A stretch of 24,709 nucleotides of DNA from a candidate division WOR-3 bacterium (GTDB taxonomy: Bacteria; Hydrothermota; Tepidihabitantia; SM23-42; CAYGYG01), in contig CBFGIV010000032.1 in assembly GCA_965648915.1 (NCBI GenBank), positions 1 through 24,709 on the forward strand. Direction: 5' to 3'. The position numbers and the translations under genes are program-made. The notes below the pieces were generated by a model. That model saw only the letters and a program-made list of their open reading frames with translations. It was not told the origin of the DNA and made no database searches. Position 1 is the first letter of the stretch, and each line of letters opens with the position of its first letter. Shown here in pieces: positions 1-9,589 of this stretch.

Positions 1-42
1 ATTGACATGCGGCTTCTTCCGCTCAAACTTAGCCTTGGCCAT
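1..42 (-). CDS. tuf: Elongation factor Tu, N-terminal 14 codons (runs off the window edge)
   Basis: Reverse complement reads ATG...=MAKAKFERKKPHVN, the canonical EF-Tu N-terminus. SD AAGGAGG at 50-56. tRNA-Thr(GGT) lies upstream, as is common for tufB. Confidence 0.95.
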   Translation of the reverse strand, partial: MAKAKFERKKPHVN

Positions 43-81
43 AGAAAAACCTCCTTACCTTCCTTAAAATAAAAGAATTTT

Positions 82-109
82 ATTATATTCAAAATTATAA
101 TAAAGTCAA
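82..109 (-). promoter_or_regulatory. sigma70-like promoter for tuf (TTGACT-16-TATAAT)
   Basis: -35 at 104-109 and -10 at 82-87 on the minus strand, in an AT-rich intergenic region. Confidence 0.7.
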
Positions 110-132
110 ATGTTTTTTAAAATCGATAAGAC

Positions 133-206
133 AGCCTGGAGCCGGAATCGAACCGGCGACCTCCTCCTTACCAAGGAGGTGCTCTAACCGACTGAGCTAT
201 CCAGGC
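133..206 (-). tRNA. tRNA-Thr(GGT), CCA not encoded
   Basis: GCCTGGA/TCCAGGC acceptor stem, D-arm AGCTCAGTCGGTTAGAGC, anticodon arm CCTCC-TTGGTAA-GGAGG, T-arm GCCGG-TTCGATT-CCGGC. Confidence 0.97.
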
Positions 207-234
207 AAGAAGATAAGGAATAACTCAAGTTATA

Positions 235-262
235 ATTATATACGCATATCTCCAAATGTCAA
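235..262 (-). promoter_or_regulatory. sigma70-like promoter for tRNA-Thr (TTGACA-16-TATAAT)
   Basis: Perfect consensus hexamers at 257-262 and 235-240. Confidence 0.8.
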
Positions 263-280
263 TCAATCTTTTTAAAGATA

Positions 281-312
281 AAGAAAAGGGGTGTGCATTA
301 AGCACACCCCTT
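281..312 (-). terminator. Intrinsic terminator of the S8 protease gene
   Basis: AAGGGGTGTGC/GCACACCCCTT stem (286-312) with a T-rich tail on the minus strand, 20 nt after the stop codon. Confidence 0.85.
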
Positions 313-331
313 AAGATCTCTTCAGGATTCC

Positions 332-2635
332 TTACTTGACTAGGACGATTTTGTCGGTGTGATCCAGGTCAGCCCCTTTGAGTCTCAGGAAGTATATCCC
401 CGCGGCCAAGCCTTTCAAATCCATTCTGACCCTGTGGGTTCCAACCTGATAATCGAGATTGTCGATAACCTTTCTAATCAGTCTACCCTGACTATCATAT
501 AGACTCAGACTCACAAGAGCCGGCTGATTCAGCGTAAATTGAATCGAAACAAGTTCCTTGGCCGGATTGGGCATTATGTGATCCAGGTGCGATGGCTGGA
601 CCACTCTTTCGGTTGTAACATCTTCGACGCCGAGCATCGGGAATCCACCAGTTACGGCGAGGGCATAGGGTTGTCTCGGTTTCGGCACATTCTTTCCCTT
701 TACTTTAATCGTCCAGGTTCCAACCTGTGGGCTATTTCTCCGCACACACTCTTCGACATTCAAAGAATCATAACTTCCGCCGGTTACCGATTGGCCACCT
801 GAATAGACACTGCCTTTATACTGATTGCCGGCTGGATCGATAACGGTCAGATCGAGGTTATTGACCAGAACGATGTTGGCCCGCATCGGACCAGGTGGGT
901 CGGTCCAGACCAGAGCAACCCGGAAGGGCTGGGTCGCATCGTTGACATTGATGGTATAGAGAACCGAATCATTTGTCCTCAACCCCAGTGTATCATCTTT
1001 AATCCACAACTTCTTTGCTTCGCCGGTAAAGTAGAGAACACTATCCAGGTCGATTTTACCCCAGCCGACATTATTATCCGGCACCGTATAACCCGTAATC
1101 GAATTGTCACAGGAGACAACTGCCATTGCCTTAACCAGGGCAGCGGAAATGTACTTCATACTATCCCGTGGGTTCGCCGCACCGGTTGGATAAAAACCGG
1201 CTCTCAAATACTGGCGGATTAAAGTAACGGTACCATTGGTGATCGGTGTTGCCATACTCGTCCCGGACATACTTGTATAGGCACTATCATTGGTCGAAGT
1301 CGCCGACCATATTGCATCGCCCGGTGCGCAGAGGGTTGGTTTTCTTCGATTGTCAGCAGTTGGTCCACGGCTATTCCAGGACATCCAGGTATTGGAGTTT
1401 ACACCGTTGCCCAGAGCACAGACCGAAATGATATCCTTGGCAATCGGTGGATGGCCCATTGAATTCCCCGAGAGATTACCCATTGAGTTACACTCAAGGA
1501 ACTGACGATGTGCCCAGATAAATGAATCGGCGGTAAAATCAGTGAAGATATAGATATTGTAGGTATCCTTGCGCGATAGACTCATCGACATATTCTTAAC
1601 GCCGCCACCGATGGTGCAGGCCTCAGCTACATTCCACCAGGTCCACATATCCCAGCTGGTGGGCAGTGAACCATAGTAATTAAAGTAGTGCCTGGCCTTG
1701 GGTGCCATACCATCATAGAGACTGGTCTTGCCCCAGTATGAATCATCACCACAGACCGAACCACAGGTATGGGTTCCGTGCGAAGAAGATGTATAGGTGC
1801 CACGATAGCCGATGATCTTGCGATGTCTGGGGAATTCGCCATTACCAACAACATTGATCGTTGAATCACGGAACATATAGTGTGTTGCCCTGAGACCATC
1901 ATCACAGGTACCGGTAATCATTCCCTGACCCCTTAAACCTTTACGCCAGATCGGTCTTGAGGTATCAGAGGGCGGATAACCCTTCTGGACCACCCACTGC
2001 GCCTGATCGTTATCCAGTTCCATTGGTGTAAACGGTTCGATCCAGTAGATGCCGGGGATTCTTGCCACATCATCGATCTTCGATACATCGATATCGAATT
2101 TGACACTCTTGAAGGCTTCGTTGATCTCCCATAGAAGATTGGTGCCACCAAGATTGAGAATCTGACCAAAGACCTCACCTGCATCCGCATCACCGAAGAG
2201 AACCGCAATCACTGTCCTGGTGCCGGTCCCCCTGGTAAGTCCGGGATAAAGTTTGTAGGCAGGCTGGAAAAGGCCGACCCAGCGCACCTGGGGTAGGGCA
2301 TTTACTGCATCAACTTTTTCAGGATCGAGTTGAACGAGGAAGGTATAACGGTGCTGATAGTCGATAAACTTACCACCCATATCAAGGATATCTCTTTTCC
2401 ATTCTTCTCTGATCGGACCCGGGAACTGAACGAGGTAATAACCGTATTTTCCAGTATACCTGTCGATCTTGAGATCGGCTGGAATCTCCGGTTCACCCTT
2501 GAGTGGATCGAAATTGTATCCCTGAACAAAGCCAATCGTCATTGGACCGGTCTCCTCCATGGGAAGGACGATCTTGTTACCCGCAAGACCGAGACTTAAC
2601 AGCAGAACAAGGCAAAATAATACGCCTTTACTCAT
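332..2635 (-). CDS. Secreted S8 (subtilisin, KP-43-like) serine protease with a T9SS-type C-terminal sorting domain, 767 aa
   Basis: Signal peptide MSKGVLFCLVLLLSLGLA. Catalytic triad motifs TCDDG, SHGTHTCG and SGTSMATP. KP-43-like C-terminal barrel (LVWTDPPG, NNLDL, NVE). Tail PNPA...YDSQGRLI...AGIYFLRL...KIVLVK. Start moved to the ATG at 2635, behind SD AAGGAGG. Confidence 0.92.
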   Translation of the reverse strand: MSKGVLFCLVLLLSLGLAGNKIVLPMEETGPMTIGFVQGYNFDPLKGEPEIPADLKIDRYTGKYGYYLVQFPGPIREEWKRDILDMGGKFIDYQHRYTFLVQLDPEKVDAVNALPQVRWVGLFQPAYKLYPGLTRGTGTRTVIAVLFGDADAGEVFGQILNLGGTNLLWEINEAFKSVKFDIDVSKIDDVARIPGIYWIEPFTPMELDNDQAQWVVQKGYPPSDTSRPIWRKGLRGQGMITGTCDDGLRATHYMFRDSTINVVGNGEFPRHRKIIGYRGTYTSSSHGTHTCGSVCGDDSYWGKTSLYDGMAPKARHYFNYYGSLPTSWDMWTWWNVAEACTIGGGVKNMSMSLSRKDTYNIYIFTDFTADSFIWAHRQFLECNSMGNLSGNSMGHPPIAKDIISVCALGNGVNSNTWMSWNSRGPTADNRRKPTLCAPGDAIWSATSTNDSAYTSMSGTSMATPITNGTVTLIRQYLRAGFYPTGAANPRDSMKYISAALVKAMAVVSCDNSITGYTVPDNNVGWGKIDLDSVLYFTGEAKKLWIKDDTLGLRTNDSVLYTINVNDATQPFRVALVWTDPPGPMRANIVLVNNLDLTVIDPAGNQYKGSVYSGGQSVTGGSYDSLNVEECVRRNSPQVGTWTIKVKGKNVPKPRQPYALAVTGGFPMLGVEDVTTERVVQPSHLDHIMPNPAKELVSIQFTLNQPALVSLSLYDSQGRLIRKVIDNLDYQVGTHRVRMDLKGLAAGIYFLRLKGADLDHTDKIVLVK

Positions 2636-2665
2636 CTTAATCCTCCTTAATTTATAACCCACTCT

Positions 2666-2683
2666 CCTTACCTTAAGGTAAGG
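2666..2683. promoter_or_regulatory. Perfect 18-bp palindrome CCTTACCTTAAGGTAAGG in the protease 5' UTR
   Basis: Self-complementary sequence, about 30 nt upstream of the start codon. Confidence 0.5.
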
Positions 2684-2749
2684 GAGAAAATAAGAAGAAA
2701 GACCGTCGTTGGAATAACCGATATGCTAAAGAACAAAAAAGATTAAATA

Positions 2750-2777
2750 AATTTAACCAAAAATTATAATTTGTCAA
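2750..2777 (-). promoter_or_regulatory. sigma70-like promoter for the S8 protease (TTGACA-16-TAAATT)
   Basis: -35 at 2772-2777 and -10 at 2750-2755. Confidence 0.6.
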
Positions 2778-2824
2778 GAAAAAAAATGCAGAATGTCTCC
2801 CGATGTTTCTATTTTTACTCTATT

Positions 2825-5686
2825 TCACTTCAGCACCTGTTCGAGGTTTTTTATATCACCGACGATCTCAACCTTGCGATCCGGAAATTTTATAATAAAC
2901 TTTTCACGCACACGGTGGATTAATTCAACCCCCCTTAACTTGGCCAGAATTCTGATCCGGGCGATATTAAATAGATTTTCAAGGACAGCGGGGAATTTTC
3001 CAAAACGATCTTTTAACTCTTCAATCAGATTATCAATCTCGTAGAGAGATTCGGCTTGCATCAACCTCTTATAGAGGGCGACCCTTTCAAAGGCATCGCT
3101 GATATATTCTTCAGGAATGTAACCATTAATCTTGAGGTCTAACACTGGCTCTCGCCTTACCGGTCTCCCTTTCAGGGCATCTACTGCCTCGCTGAGCAGT
3201 CTTAAATAAAGGTGATAGCCGACCATATTGACAAAACCGTGCTGTTCTCGGCCCAGTAGATTCCCCACACCCCTGATCTCCATATCCCGAATTGCCAGGC
3301 GAAAACCACTGCCTAATGAGGTATAAGTCAATATGGAACCAAGACGTTTCTTCGCTTCCGGAGTCAATTTTTTTTCTTCAGGGATAATGAAATAAGCATA
3401 AGCCTGGATCTCGGTGCGACCAACCCGACCCCGTAACTGGTGAAGGTCGGCCAGGCCAAAAAGGTCAGCCCGATTGATGATAATTGTGTTAACCCGGGGA
3501 AGATCAAGTCCCGACTCGACAATTGCCGTGGAAAGCAGGATATCATATTTTCCTTCAAGAAATTCAATCATTGTCCGCTCTATTACTGATGGACTCATCC
3601 GGCCGTGGAGCATACAGATTGAGAAGTCAGGTAATAGTTGATGGAGTCGATGATAGATCTGGTCGATGGTCTCAATACGATTGTGGACAAAAAAAACCTG
3701 CCCACCGCGCTTCTTTTCGAATATTATCGCCTGCCGTATCTCATCATCATCCCATTCCAAGACTTTAGTTATAATACCTTTACGCCCCAGAGGGGGCGAG
3801 TGGATAACCGAAATATCTCTAATTCCGGAAAGGCACATATAGAGAGTTCGAGGAATCGGCGTCGCAGAAAGCAAGAGTGTATCAACCTGAGCCCTTAACT
3901 TCTTGATCTTTTCCTTTTGCATCACGCCAAAACGCTGTTCCTCGTCAATAATTAATAAACCGAGATCTTTAAAATTGATATCACCCTGGAGCAAGCGGTG
4001 GGTTCCAATAATAATATCGATCTTGCCATTACTAATTTCTTCTATGATCCGCTTCTGCTCGGATCGATCTTTCAGCCTTGAGAGCATATCGATCTTTACC
4101 GGAAACATCTTCAATCGCTCACCGAAGGTCTTGTAATGTTGAAAAGTTAGTAGGGTCGTTGGTGCAATAAGACAGACTTGTTTTCCGCTCAGAACCGCTT
4201 TGAGTGCTGCCCTGATCGCCACCTCGGTCTTACCAAAGCCAACATCACCGCAGATGAGTCGATCCATTACTTTTGGGCTTTCCATATCATTTTTGACATC
4301 TTCCATCGCCCGTATCTGATCCTGAGTCTCTTCATAAGGGAACGACAATTCTAAGGACTGCATAAACTTATCGTCCTTAGAAAAAATGAAACCTTTGACC
4401 GAAACCCGCAAGGCATAGAGTTTCAATAACTCTACTGCCAGTAATTCAGTTGCCGCTTTAACCCGGGAACGGGTCTTAAACCAGAGTTCGCGGCCGAGTC
4501 TGGATAGTCGCGGTGGGCGGCCCTCACTTCCGATGTATCGTTCAACAAGATTGAGTCTTTCCACCGGGACAAAGATTCTGTCACCACCCGCATAATTTAT
4601 AACCAGACATTCTACCTGGTTTCCATTGCATTTCAGAATCTTGAGTCCAGCAAATTGACCGATACCAAACTCCTCGTGGACGACATAATCACCAATTTTT
4701 AATCCGAGCAGGTCATCAATAAAGAGACCCTTAAAACGGGACCGCTTTGGTTTAACTCTAACATGGCCGAAGATTTCATATTCAGTGAGGACAACCAGCC
4801 TTTGCCTTTTATCAACAAAACCCTCAGCAAGATAACCATCAACTAATTTGATTTTTTGTGGTGCAGAAACTAATATCTGGTCGCGGATTGGTGATGAACC
4901 GGTAACCAGATAGAACTGACTATCACTTCTTTCGACATCAGTTTTCAGTTCAGCCAGATTACCAAAATATAACCGTGGTGGTGCCAGACCGAAATCAACT
5001 TCTCCGGCGCTATTAACTACAACCAGGTTCTGATAGTCTTCCAGTGGAGACTCAGAGGCATCATCAACAATTATCAGTGCATCGCGGTGAATCTTCTCAA
5101 TAAGCCGAAGACTTCCTGACTTATAGAACTTAATAGTTGCCCGATCTAAGATTTCAATCGACCGCTGGGTCAAAGGATCAAAGGTTCGGATGGAAACAAT
5201 CTCGTTACCTGAGAACTCAAATCTGAAAGGTTTCTCTTCACCATCAACAAATATATCTACGATCCCACCGCGCCGGGCAAATTCACCCTCTTCTTCAACC
5301 ATTTCTTCTTTTGTGTAGTGTGCAGTCAGAAGATGACCAACCAGTTCCTCAGGCGCAAAAATATCCCCTACCTTCAATTGTTGCTCTACGGTCTGGCCTA
5401 TAGCTTCATTTAAGAATTTTCGAGTAGTAATCAGAACCTGGTAGTTATCCCTGATCGTTAGATGATTCCGATCGATAAATTCAATAATTGAATTGGGTAA
5501 AAAAGAGGCAATCTCTCGGAAACAGTGCTCAATCCTGTGTTCTTGCGTCAAAAGGATAACCCGGAATTTAGCCCGGGCCATCTGCATCGCCATCAGCGAT
5601 ATTGCACTACCGGAAAGACCGGAAAGGGTAACCCTCTTCTTTTTTTTGATCAGTCTTAGAAGAGACTCAATATCAAAAAAGTTCAC
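2825..5686 (-). CDS. mfd: Transcription-repair coupling factor Mfd, 953 aa
   Basis: GEFARRGGIVDIF (UvrB-like), RID GDYVVHEEFGIG, GDVGFGKTEVA Walker A, DEEQRFG, SATPIPRT, QLRGRVGR, TRG motif DMEIRGVGNLLG. The GTG start overlaps the ptb stop (GTGA). Confidence 0.97.
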   Translation of the reverse strand: MNFFDIESLLRLIKKKKRVTLSGLSGSAISLMAMQMARAKFRVILLTQEHRIEHCFREIASFLPNSIIEFIDRNHLTIRDNYQVLITTRKFLNEAIGQTVEQQLKVGDIFAPEELVGHLLTAHYTKEEMVEEEGEFARRGGIVDIFVDGEEKPFRFEFSGNEIVSIRTFDPLTQRSIEILDRATIKFYKSGSLRLIEKIHRDALIIVDDASESPLEDYQNLVVVNSAGEVDFGLAPPRLYFGNLAELKTDVERSDSQFYLVTGSSPIRDQILVSAPQKIKLVDGYLAEGFVDKRQRLVVLTEYEIFGHVRVKPKRSRFKGLFIDDLLGLKIGDYVVHEEFGIGQFAGLKILKCNGNQVECLVINYAGGDRIFVPVERLNLVERYIGSEGRPPRLSRLGRELWFKTRSRVKAATELLAVELLKLYALRVSVKGFIFSKDDKFMQSLELSFPYEETQDQIRAMEDVKNDMESPKVMDRLICGDVGFGKTEVAIRAALKAVLSGKQVCLIAPTTLLTFQHYKTFGERLKMFPVKIDMLSRLKDRSEQKRIIEEISNGKIDIIIGTHRLLQGDINFKDLGLLIIDEEQRFGVMQKEKIKKLRAQVDTLLLSATPIPRTLYMCLSGIRDISVIHSPPLGRKGIITKVLEWDDDEIRQAIIFEKKRGGQVFFVHNRIETIDQIYHRLHQLLPDFSICMLHGRMSPSVIERTMIEFLEGKYDILLSTAIVESGLDLPRVNTIIINRADLFGLADLHQLRGRVGRTEIQAYAYFIIPEEKKLTPEAKKRLGSILTYTSLGSGFRLAIRDMEIRGVGNLLGREQHGFVNMVGYHLYLRLLSEAVDALKGRPVRREPVLDLKINGYIPEEYISDAFERVALYKRLMQAESLYEIDNLIEELKDRFGKFPAVLENLFNIARIRILAKLRGVELIHRVREKFIIKFPDRKVEIVGDIKNLEQVLK

Positions 5687-6576
5687 AAGGAACTTAAAAT
5701 ACCCAGGGCGATTGAATGCAACTTTGTTTCGGGTGGGTCTGCCCGGGAAAGCATAACAACCGGATACGCAGCACCCATAACGATTCCGGCTGATTTGGTT
5801 TTGGTGAAATACATCAAACCTTTAGCCCAGATATTACCGGCTGAAATATTAGGCATAATAAGAAAATCGGTATCACCGGCAATCTCACTTTTAATCTTTT
5901 TGTGTTCAGCCGCTTCTTTAGAGACCGCAACATCGAAACCGAATGGGCCCTCGACTATTGCCCGGCCAAATTGCCCCTCTTTGGCCAACTTAACAATCTC
6001 AACCGCATCGACCGTCTCGGGCATATCCGGGTGCACCGATTCGCTGGCTGCAACCAATGCGACCTTCGGGTTCTGATAACCCAGCCGCTCGAGAAGTTCC
6101 AATCCATTTTTAACCAGGTCAATTCTTATCTTTAAATCCAGTTTCGGATTCATCCCCCCATCGGACATAAAGAGCAATTTATGATATCCCGGGACTTCTA
6201 AGACTGCTATATGACTCAGGGTCCGGCCGGTTCGTAAACCATAATCTTTATTCAGTACGCCTTTTAAAAAGGTTGAAGTCGAAACAAGACCTTTCATCAG
6301 TATTCCCGTCTTCTCCCTTGTCAATCGGCAGGCGTATTGCATTGTCGCTTCTTCATCCTGGGAGTCGATGATTTCGCTCCTCTGCAAATCGAATCCAATT
6401 TTTTGGCTAATCTCTTTGATACGTAGAGTATCGCCAATCAGAATCGGAAAAACCATATTCAGTTCGTCGGCCAGTTTGACCCCTTCCAGCACTGCTTCAT
6501 CTTCTGCCCGGGCAATAACGCAGACCTTTTTGCCTCTCAATTTTGTCTGCTCAATCAATTCAGCAAAGTTTTTCAT
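5683..6576 (-). CDS. ptb: Phosphate butyryltransferase / phosphate acyltransferase (PTA/PTB family), 297 aa
   Basis: LMKGLVSTSTFLKGVL, SHIAV, DGGMNP, VEGPFGFDVA, PNISAGN, PVVMLSRAD. Start moved to the ATG at 6576 (MKNFAELIE), behind SD AAAGGA. Confidence 0.88.
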   Translation of the reverse strand: MKNFAELIEQTKLRGKKVCVIARAEDEAVLEGVKLADELNMVFPILIGDTLRIKEISQKIGFDLQRSEIIDSQDEEATMQYACRLTREKTGILMKGLVSTSTFLKGVLNKDYGLRTGRTLSHIAVLEVPGYHKLLFMSDGGMNPKLDLKIRIDLVKNGLELLERLGYQNPKVALVAASESVHPDMPETVDAVEIVKLAKEGQFGRAIVEGPFGFDVAVSKEAAEHKKIKSEIAGDTDFLIMPNISAGNIWAKGLMYFTKTKSAGIVMGAAYPVVMLSRADPPETKLHSIALGILSSL

Positions 6577-6658
6577 TTTAATATCCTTTCTATCTTTTAG
6601 TTTGAATAGTATATGCGCCCAAACCGGAAAACATTGGGTAATAGACTGTTTCTTAATT

Positions 6659-6686
6659 ATTATAATCAGCCACGCCTTTAAGTCAA
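6659..6686 (-). promoter_or_regulatory. sigma70-like promoter for ptb-mfd (TTGACT-16-TATAAT)
   Basis: -35 at 6681-6686 and -10 at 6659-6664. Confidence 0.7.
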
Positions 6687-6703
6687 CCGGAATTTTGCCT
6701 AGT

Positions 6704-7345
6704 TCAAATACCAATCTTGAAACCTAAATTTATCCACAAAAAGACCATTCCCCATTCAGGAAAGTCAATAATTGCATCATCAACAACACCTTTGGCACTG
6801 CGGCTTTTCCACAAGTATAAAAAACCGTCGATAACAGGAAACTCAATAAAAACTTTTTCAAAAAATTCAATCTGCAAACGAAAACCTGCATCCATTGTAA
6901 TTCCGCTCAAGTCATATACTTGATAATCTTGTATCACATTTCTATTGAAACCAGCGCCAGCGCTCAATATTGGTCCAAAGCTGATAAACCCCACACTGCT
7001 GTTGATAGGATACCAGTCGAAAAATAACCTGCCCGCAGTCAGACTACCCGTCAAACCAGACTTATCGCCTTTGATAAAATTATTGCCCGCAAGATGCTCT
7101 GACGACAGGTCGACATTTATAATCAGCACACGATAGCCGGAATTCCGCAACATATTACACCAGAGTTCCTGTCCGAAAAAGAAAGTAAAATTTTTCGGTC
7201 CTAAATTTCTGAAATTATTCTGCAACAATTCAGAAACTTCAAAACCGAAGTTGAAAGCGGGTTTTAAATCATTGACCAGTTCTTCTCCTTGTGCAAAAAC
7301 AAAAGGAGTGACAACGAATAAAATAACAAGTAAATTATTCGTCAT
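6704..7345 (-). CDS. Hypothetical exported protein, possible outer-membrane beta-barrel, 213 aa
   Basis: Signal-peptide-like N-terminus (..TPFVFA|Q), amphipathic aromatic-rich beta strands, C-terminal INLGFKIGI. Confidence 0.65.
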   Translation of the reverse strand: MTNNLLVILFVVTPFVFAQGEELVNDLKPAFNFGFEVSELLQNNFRNLGPKNFTFFFGQELWCNMLRNSGYRVLIINVDLSSEHLAGNNFIKGDKSGLTGSLTAGRLFFDWYPINSSVGFISFGPILSAGAGFNRNVIQDYQVYDLSGITMDAGFRLQIEFFEKVFIEFPVIDGFLYLWKSRSAKGVVDDAIIDFPEWGMVFLWINLGFKIGI

Positions 7346-7515
7346 TTTCTTATAAACAAATAACCACCAAGGGCGCCGTCCACAAGCCCAAATAAGCCAA
7401 AATAGAGTGTCGCAATAAAAATACCTGCACCGATTATTGCACCAATAAGAACACCAATCTCACCGTCAAATTGCCATCCTCAGTTCAAGAGCGGTAGCAA
7501 GCCAATGTACTCCAT
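7342..7515 (-). pseudogene. Small Gly-rich membrane-protein ORF/remnant with an internal TGA
   Basis: MEYIGLLPLLN*GWQFDGEIGVLIGAIIGAGIFIATLYFGLFGLVDGALGGYLFIRK*. Internal TGA at 7480-7482; the terminal TGA overlaps the next ATG (ATGA). Confidence 0.45.
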
Positions 7516-7532
7516 AACAACCTAAGGGGTAT

Positions 7533-8477
7533 CTATTCTTTTTTTAAATATCTGTCAAAAAATGTACATACCCGATCAAAAAATTCGGGATAGGTGATAA
7601 ATTCAGGGCCATTAATTCCGCTGTGTTCTGCCCCGGGCACTATCCATAGTTCTTTTGGACCTTTCAACTTACTCATTATCTTCTCTGACATCCAGACTGG
7701 TGTCCGATTATCCTTCTCGCCGACAATTAAAAAAACCGGGATAGAAATTTTTTTTGCTGCATTGATGGGGAGAAGTTTTTTGGGATAACCTGCCGGCGCC
7801 ATAAAATTCCTCTCCGGCATTATTTTTTTCAGAATCGGCATAATATCATCAAACGATGTTAATAGCGCCCTGCCCGCATAGGCTGAAATATCTTTCCTCT
7901 TAGCAATAATGGCGAATGAGAGATAGGCACCGGTGGAAAACCCCATAACACCTATCCGACTGGTATCAACCTCTGGTTGTTTTTTTACAAAATCAACTGC
8001 AGCATCATAATCGGTGATGTATTCAGCATAGCAGAGTCGATCGGGCTCGGTCTTCCATTCACCGCTTTTGCCAAAACCCCTCCAGTCGAACAGGAAGACA
8101 TTATATCCCTTTGTGAAGAGATGATAGCCATAAAATATAAACTGCGCCATATTTCCCGCATCACCATCACAAATAATTATCGTTGGCCTTCTTATTGTAT
8201 CTACTGAATATGGTCTTGTTCTGGGTCTCAATTCCTGAGGCACCGGTATCACCCGCCCAATTATGGAGTTGGCAATACCCACTGTATCTTGAGCCGGAAT
8301 AAACCATCCTTTTAATTTAAAGCCATCCACAGTCACAAATTCAACTTCACGGAAGATTACTCCATAATCAGAAGGAATCGCCTTATATTCCTTTTCGGGT
8401 TTGAGTGCAAATAGCGATGAATAGATTAAAAGAATTAGACGACCGGCCAAAAAGATATAATTTTTCGCATCAATCAT
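7533..8477 (-). CDS. Exported alpha/beta-fold hydrolase, 314 aa
   Basis: FDWRGFGKS, nucleophile elbow GFSTG, GEKD, VPGAEH. Start moved to the ATG at 8477, behind SD AAGGAGG. Confidence 0.88.
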   Translation of the reverse strand: MIDAKNYIFLAGRLILLIYSSLFALKPEKEYKAIPSDYGVIFREVEFVTVDGFKLKGWFIPAQDTVGIANSIIGRVIPVPQELRPRTRPYSVDTIRRPTIIICDGDAGNMAQFIFYGYHLFTKGYNVFLFDWRGFGKSGEWKTEPDRLCYAEYITDYDAAVDFVKKQPEVDTSRIGVMGFSTGAYLSFAIIAKRKDISAYAGRALLTSFDDIMPILKKIMPERNFMAPAGYPKKLLPINAAKKISIPVFLIVGEKDNRTPVWMSEKIMSKLKGPKELWIVPGAEHSGINGPEFITYPEFFDRVCTFFDRYLKKE

Positions 8478-8499
8478 ATATCCTCCTTTTCTCTCATCT

Positions 8500-9099
8500 T
8501 CAGAGCCGGGCATTACGTTCTGTTTGGAAAATCTGATAAATAAGCCAACCACCGTAAACCAGCCCGGTGAGCATAGTAAAGAACCCTAAAATCCTGGTCA
8601 GAAGAGCAATGGTTGTATCCATATTAAGCAATCCCAGTTTGCCCAGGATATAATTCCAGTCGTGAATCTGGCCTTCACTACCGAAAGGTGATACCAAGAT
8701 CATTTCCATCGCCCGGGCATCAGCAATATAGACTGCAACTCCGTAAAGATTTGTCGCCAGCCAGCAGAGCGCCACTGAGATGGCAAAAAAATCTCGCTGG
8801 TGGTAAAACATTATTATACCAATAATCGGGACAAGACATTGCAAGATCGTCCCGCCCAGCACATAGATAAAATGGCCAAAAAAAGCAAAGACAAAATGGC
8901 CAAGTTCATGGATGCACAAATTCAATGGTGCAAATATACCCTGTTGATAAGAAGAGCCGGTGATCTGGCAGATAAAAACAAAAAACAGATAAAGCCACAA
9001 TAGCAAACGCAGATGCCAGCGACGATTGGCACACCAATCACGAGATACCTGAAGTAAGGAGAGAAAAAATTCATTTAACCTTCTTATGCCTTTAGTCAT
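8500..9099 (-). CDS. Multi-pass membrane protein with HExxH motif (M50-like metallopeptidase candidate), 199 aa
   Basis: Several hydrophobic helices, IHELGH, downstream HDW. Confidence 0.7.
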   Translation of the reverse strand: MTKGIRRLNEFFLSLLQVSRDWCANRRWHLRLLLWLYLFFVFICQITGSSYQQGIFAPLNLCIHELGHFVFAFFGHFIYVLGGTILQCLVPIIGIIMFYHQRDFFAISVALCWLATNLYGVAVYIADARAMEMILVSPFGSEGQIHDWNYILGKLGLLNMDTTIALLTRILGFFTMLTGLVYGGWLIYQIFQTERNARL

Positions 9100-9102
9100 C
9101 GA

Positions 9103-9573
9103 TTAAAGAATCAGCACACGCTGAGGCCTTCTCGGATCAATAAGCAGTTGTAATCTGGCACCGGGTATCAATTTGCCTATCTCTAATAAATTAAATACTC
9201 GTTTGATGGTTATCGTGTAAGGTGATCCTGCACCAGTTATTATGTTGAGCTTTAGTCGCACCTGGGGAAGGTTATTAATATAAACACCGGTCTGTTCTGC
9301 CGAAATTATCTCTCCGGTTCCGGGAATACCGAATTTTTTAAACCACTCAATCTCTTTAAGTTTCCTGGAATTCCACAGAATTATACCACCAATAATGGCT
9401 ACAATTATAACGATAAAAGTTCCCCCCATAAGAAAAAAGAAGATATCGAGGGGGTAGCCATCACCGGTCCTGGCACCAGGGGGTGTATGAAATCCTAAGA
9501 CAATGAAGATAATACCGATAACAATAAACGGTAAGGCAACAAAAATCAAAGTAACCTTATTTATCTTCCACAT
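9103..9573 (-). CDS. Hypothetical membrane protein (two TM helices plus a small beta domain), 156 aa
   Basis: Two N-terminal hydrophobic helices; soluble C-terminus with QTGVYINNLP...DPRRP. Confidence 0.75.
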   Translation of the reverse strand: MWKINKVTLIFVALPFIVIGIIFIVLGFHTPPGARTGDGYPLDIFFFLMGGTFIVIIVAIIGGIILWNSRKLKEIEWFKKFGIPGTGEIISAEQTGVYINNLPQVRLKLNIITGAGSPYTITIKRVFNLLEIGKLIPGARLQLLIDPRRPQRVLIL

Positions 9574-9589
9574 AACTACCTACTTTGCT

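Noticed and set aside
6577..6714. 46-aa N-terminal extension of ptb in the ORF track
   Set aside because: It spans the predicted promoter; the SD-led ATG at 6576 gives the family-typical start.
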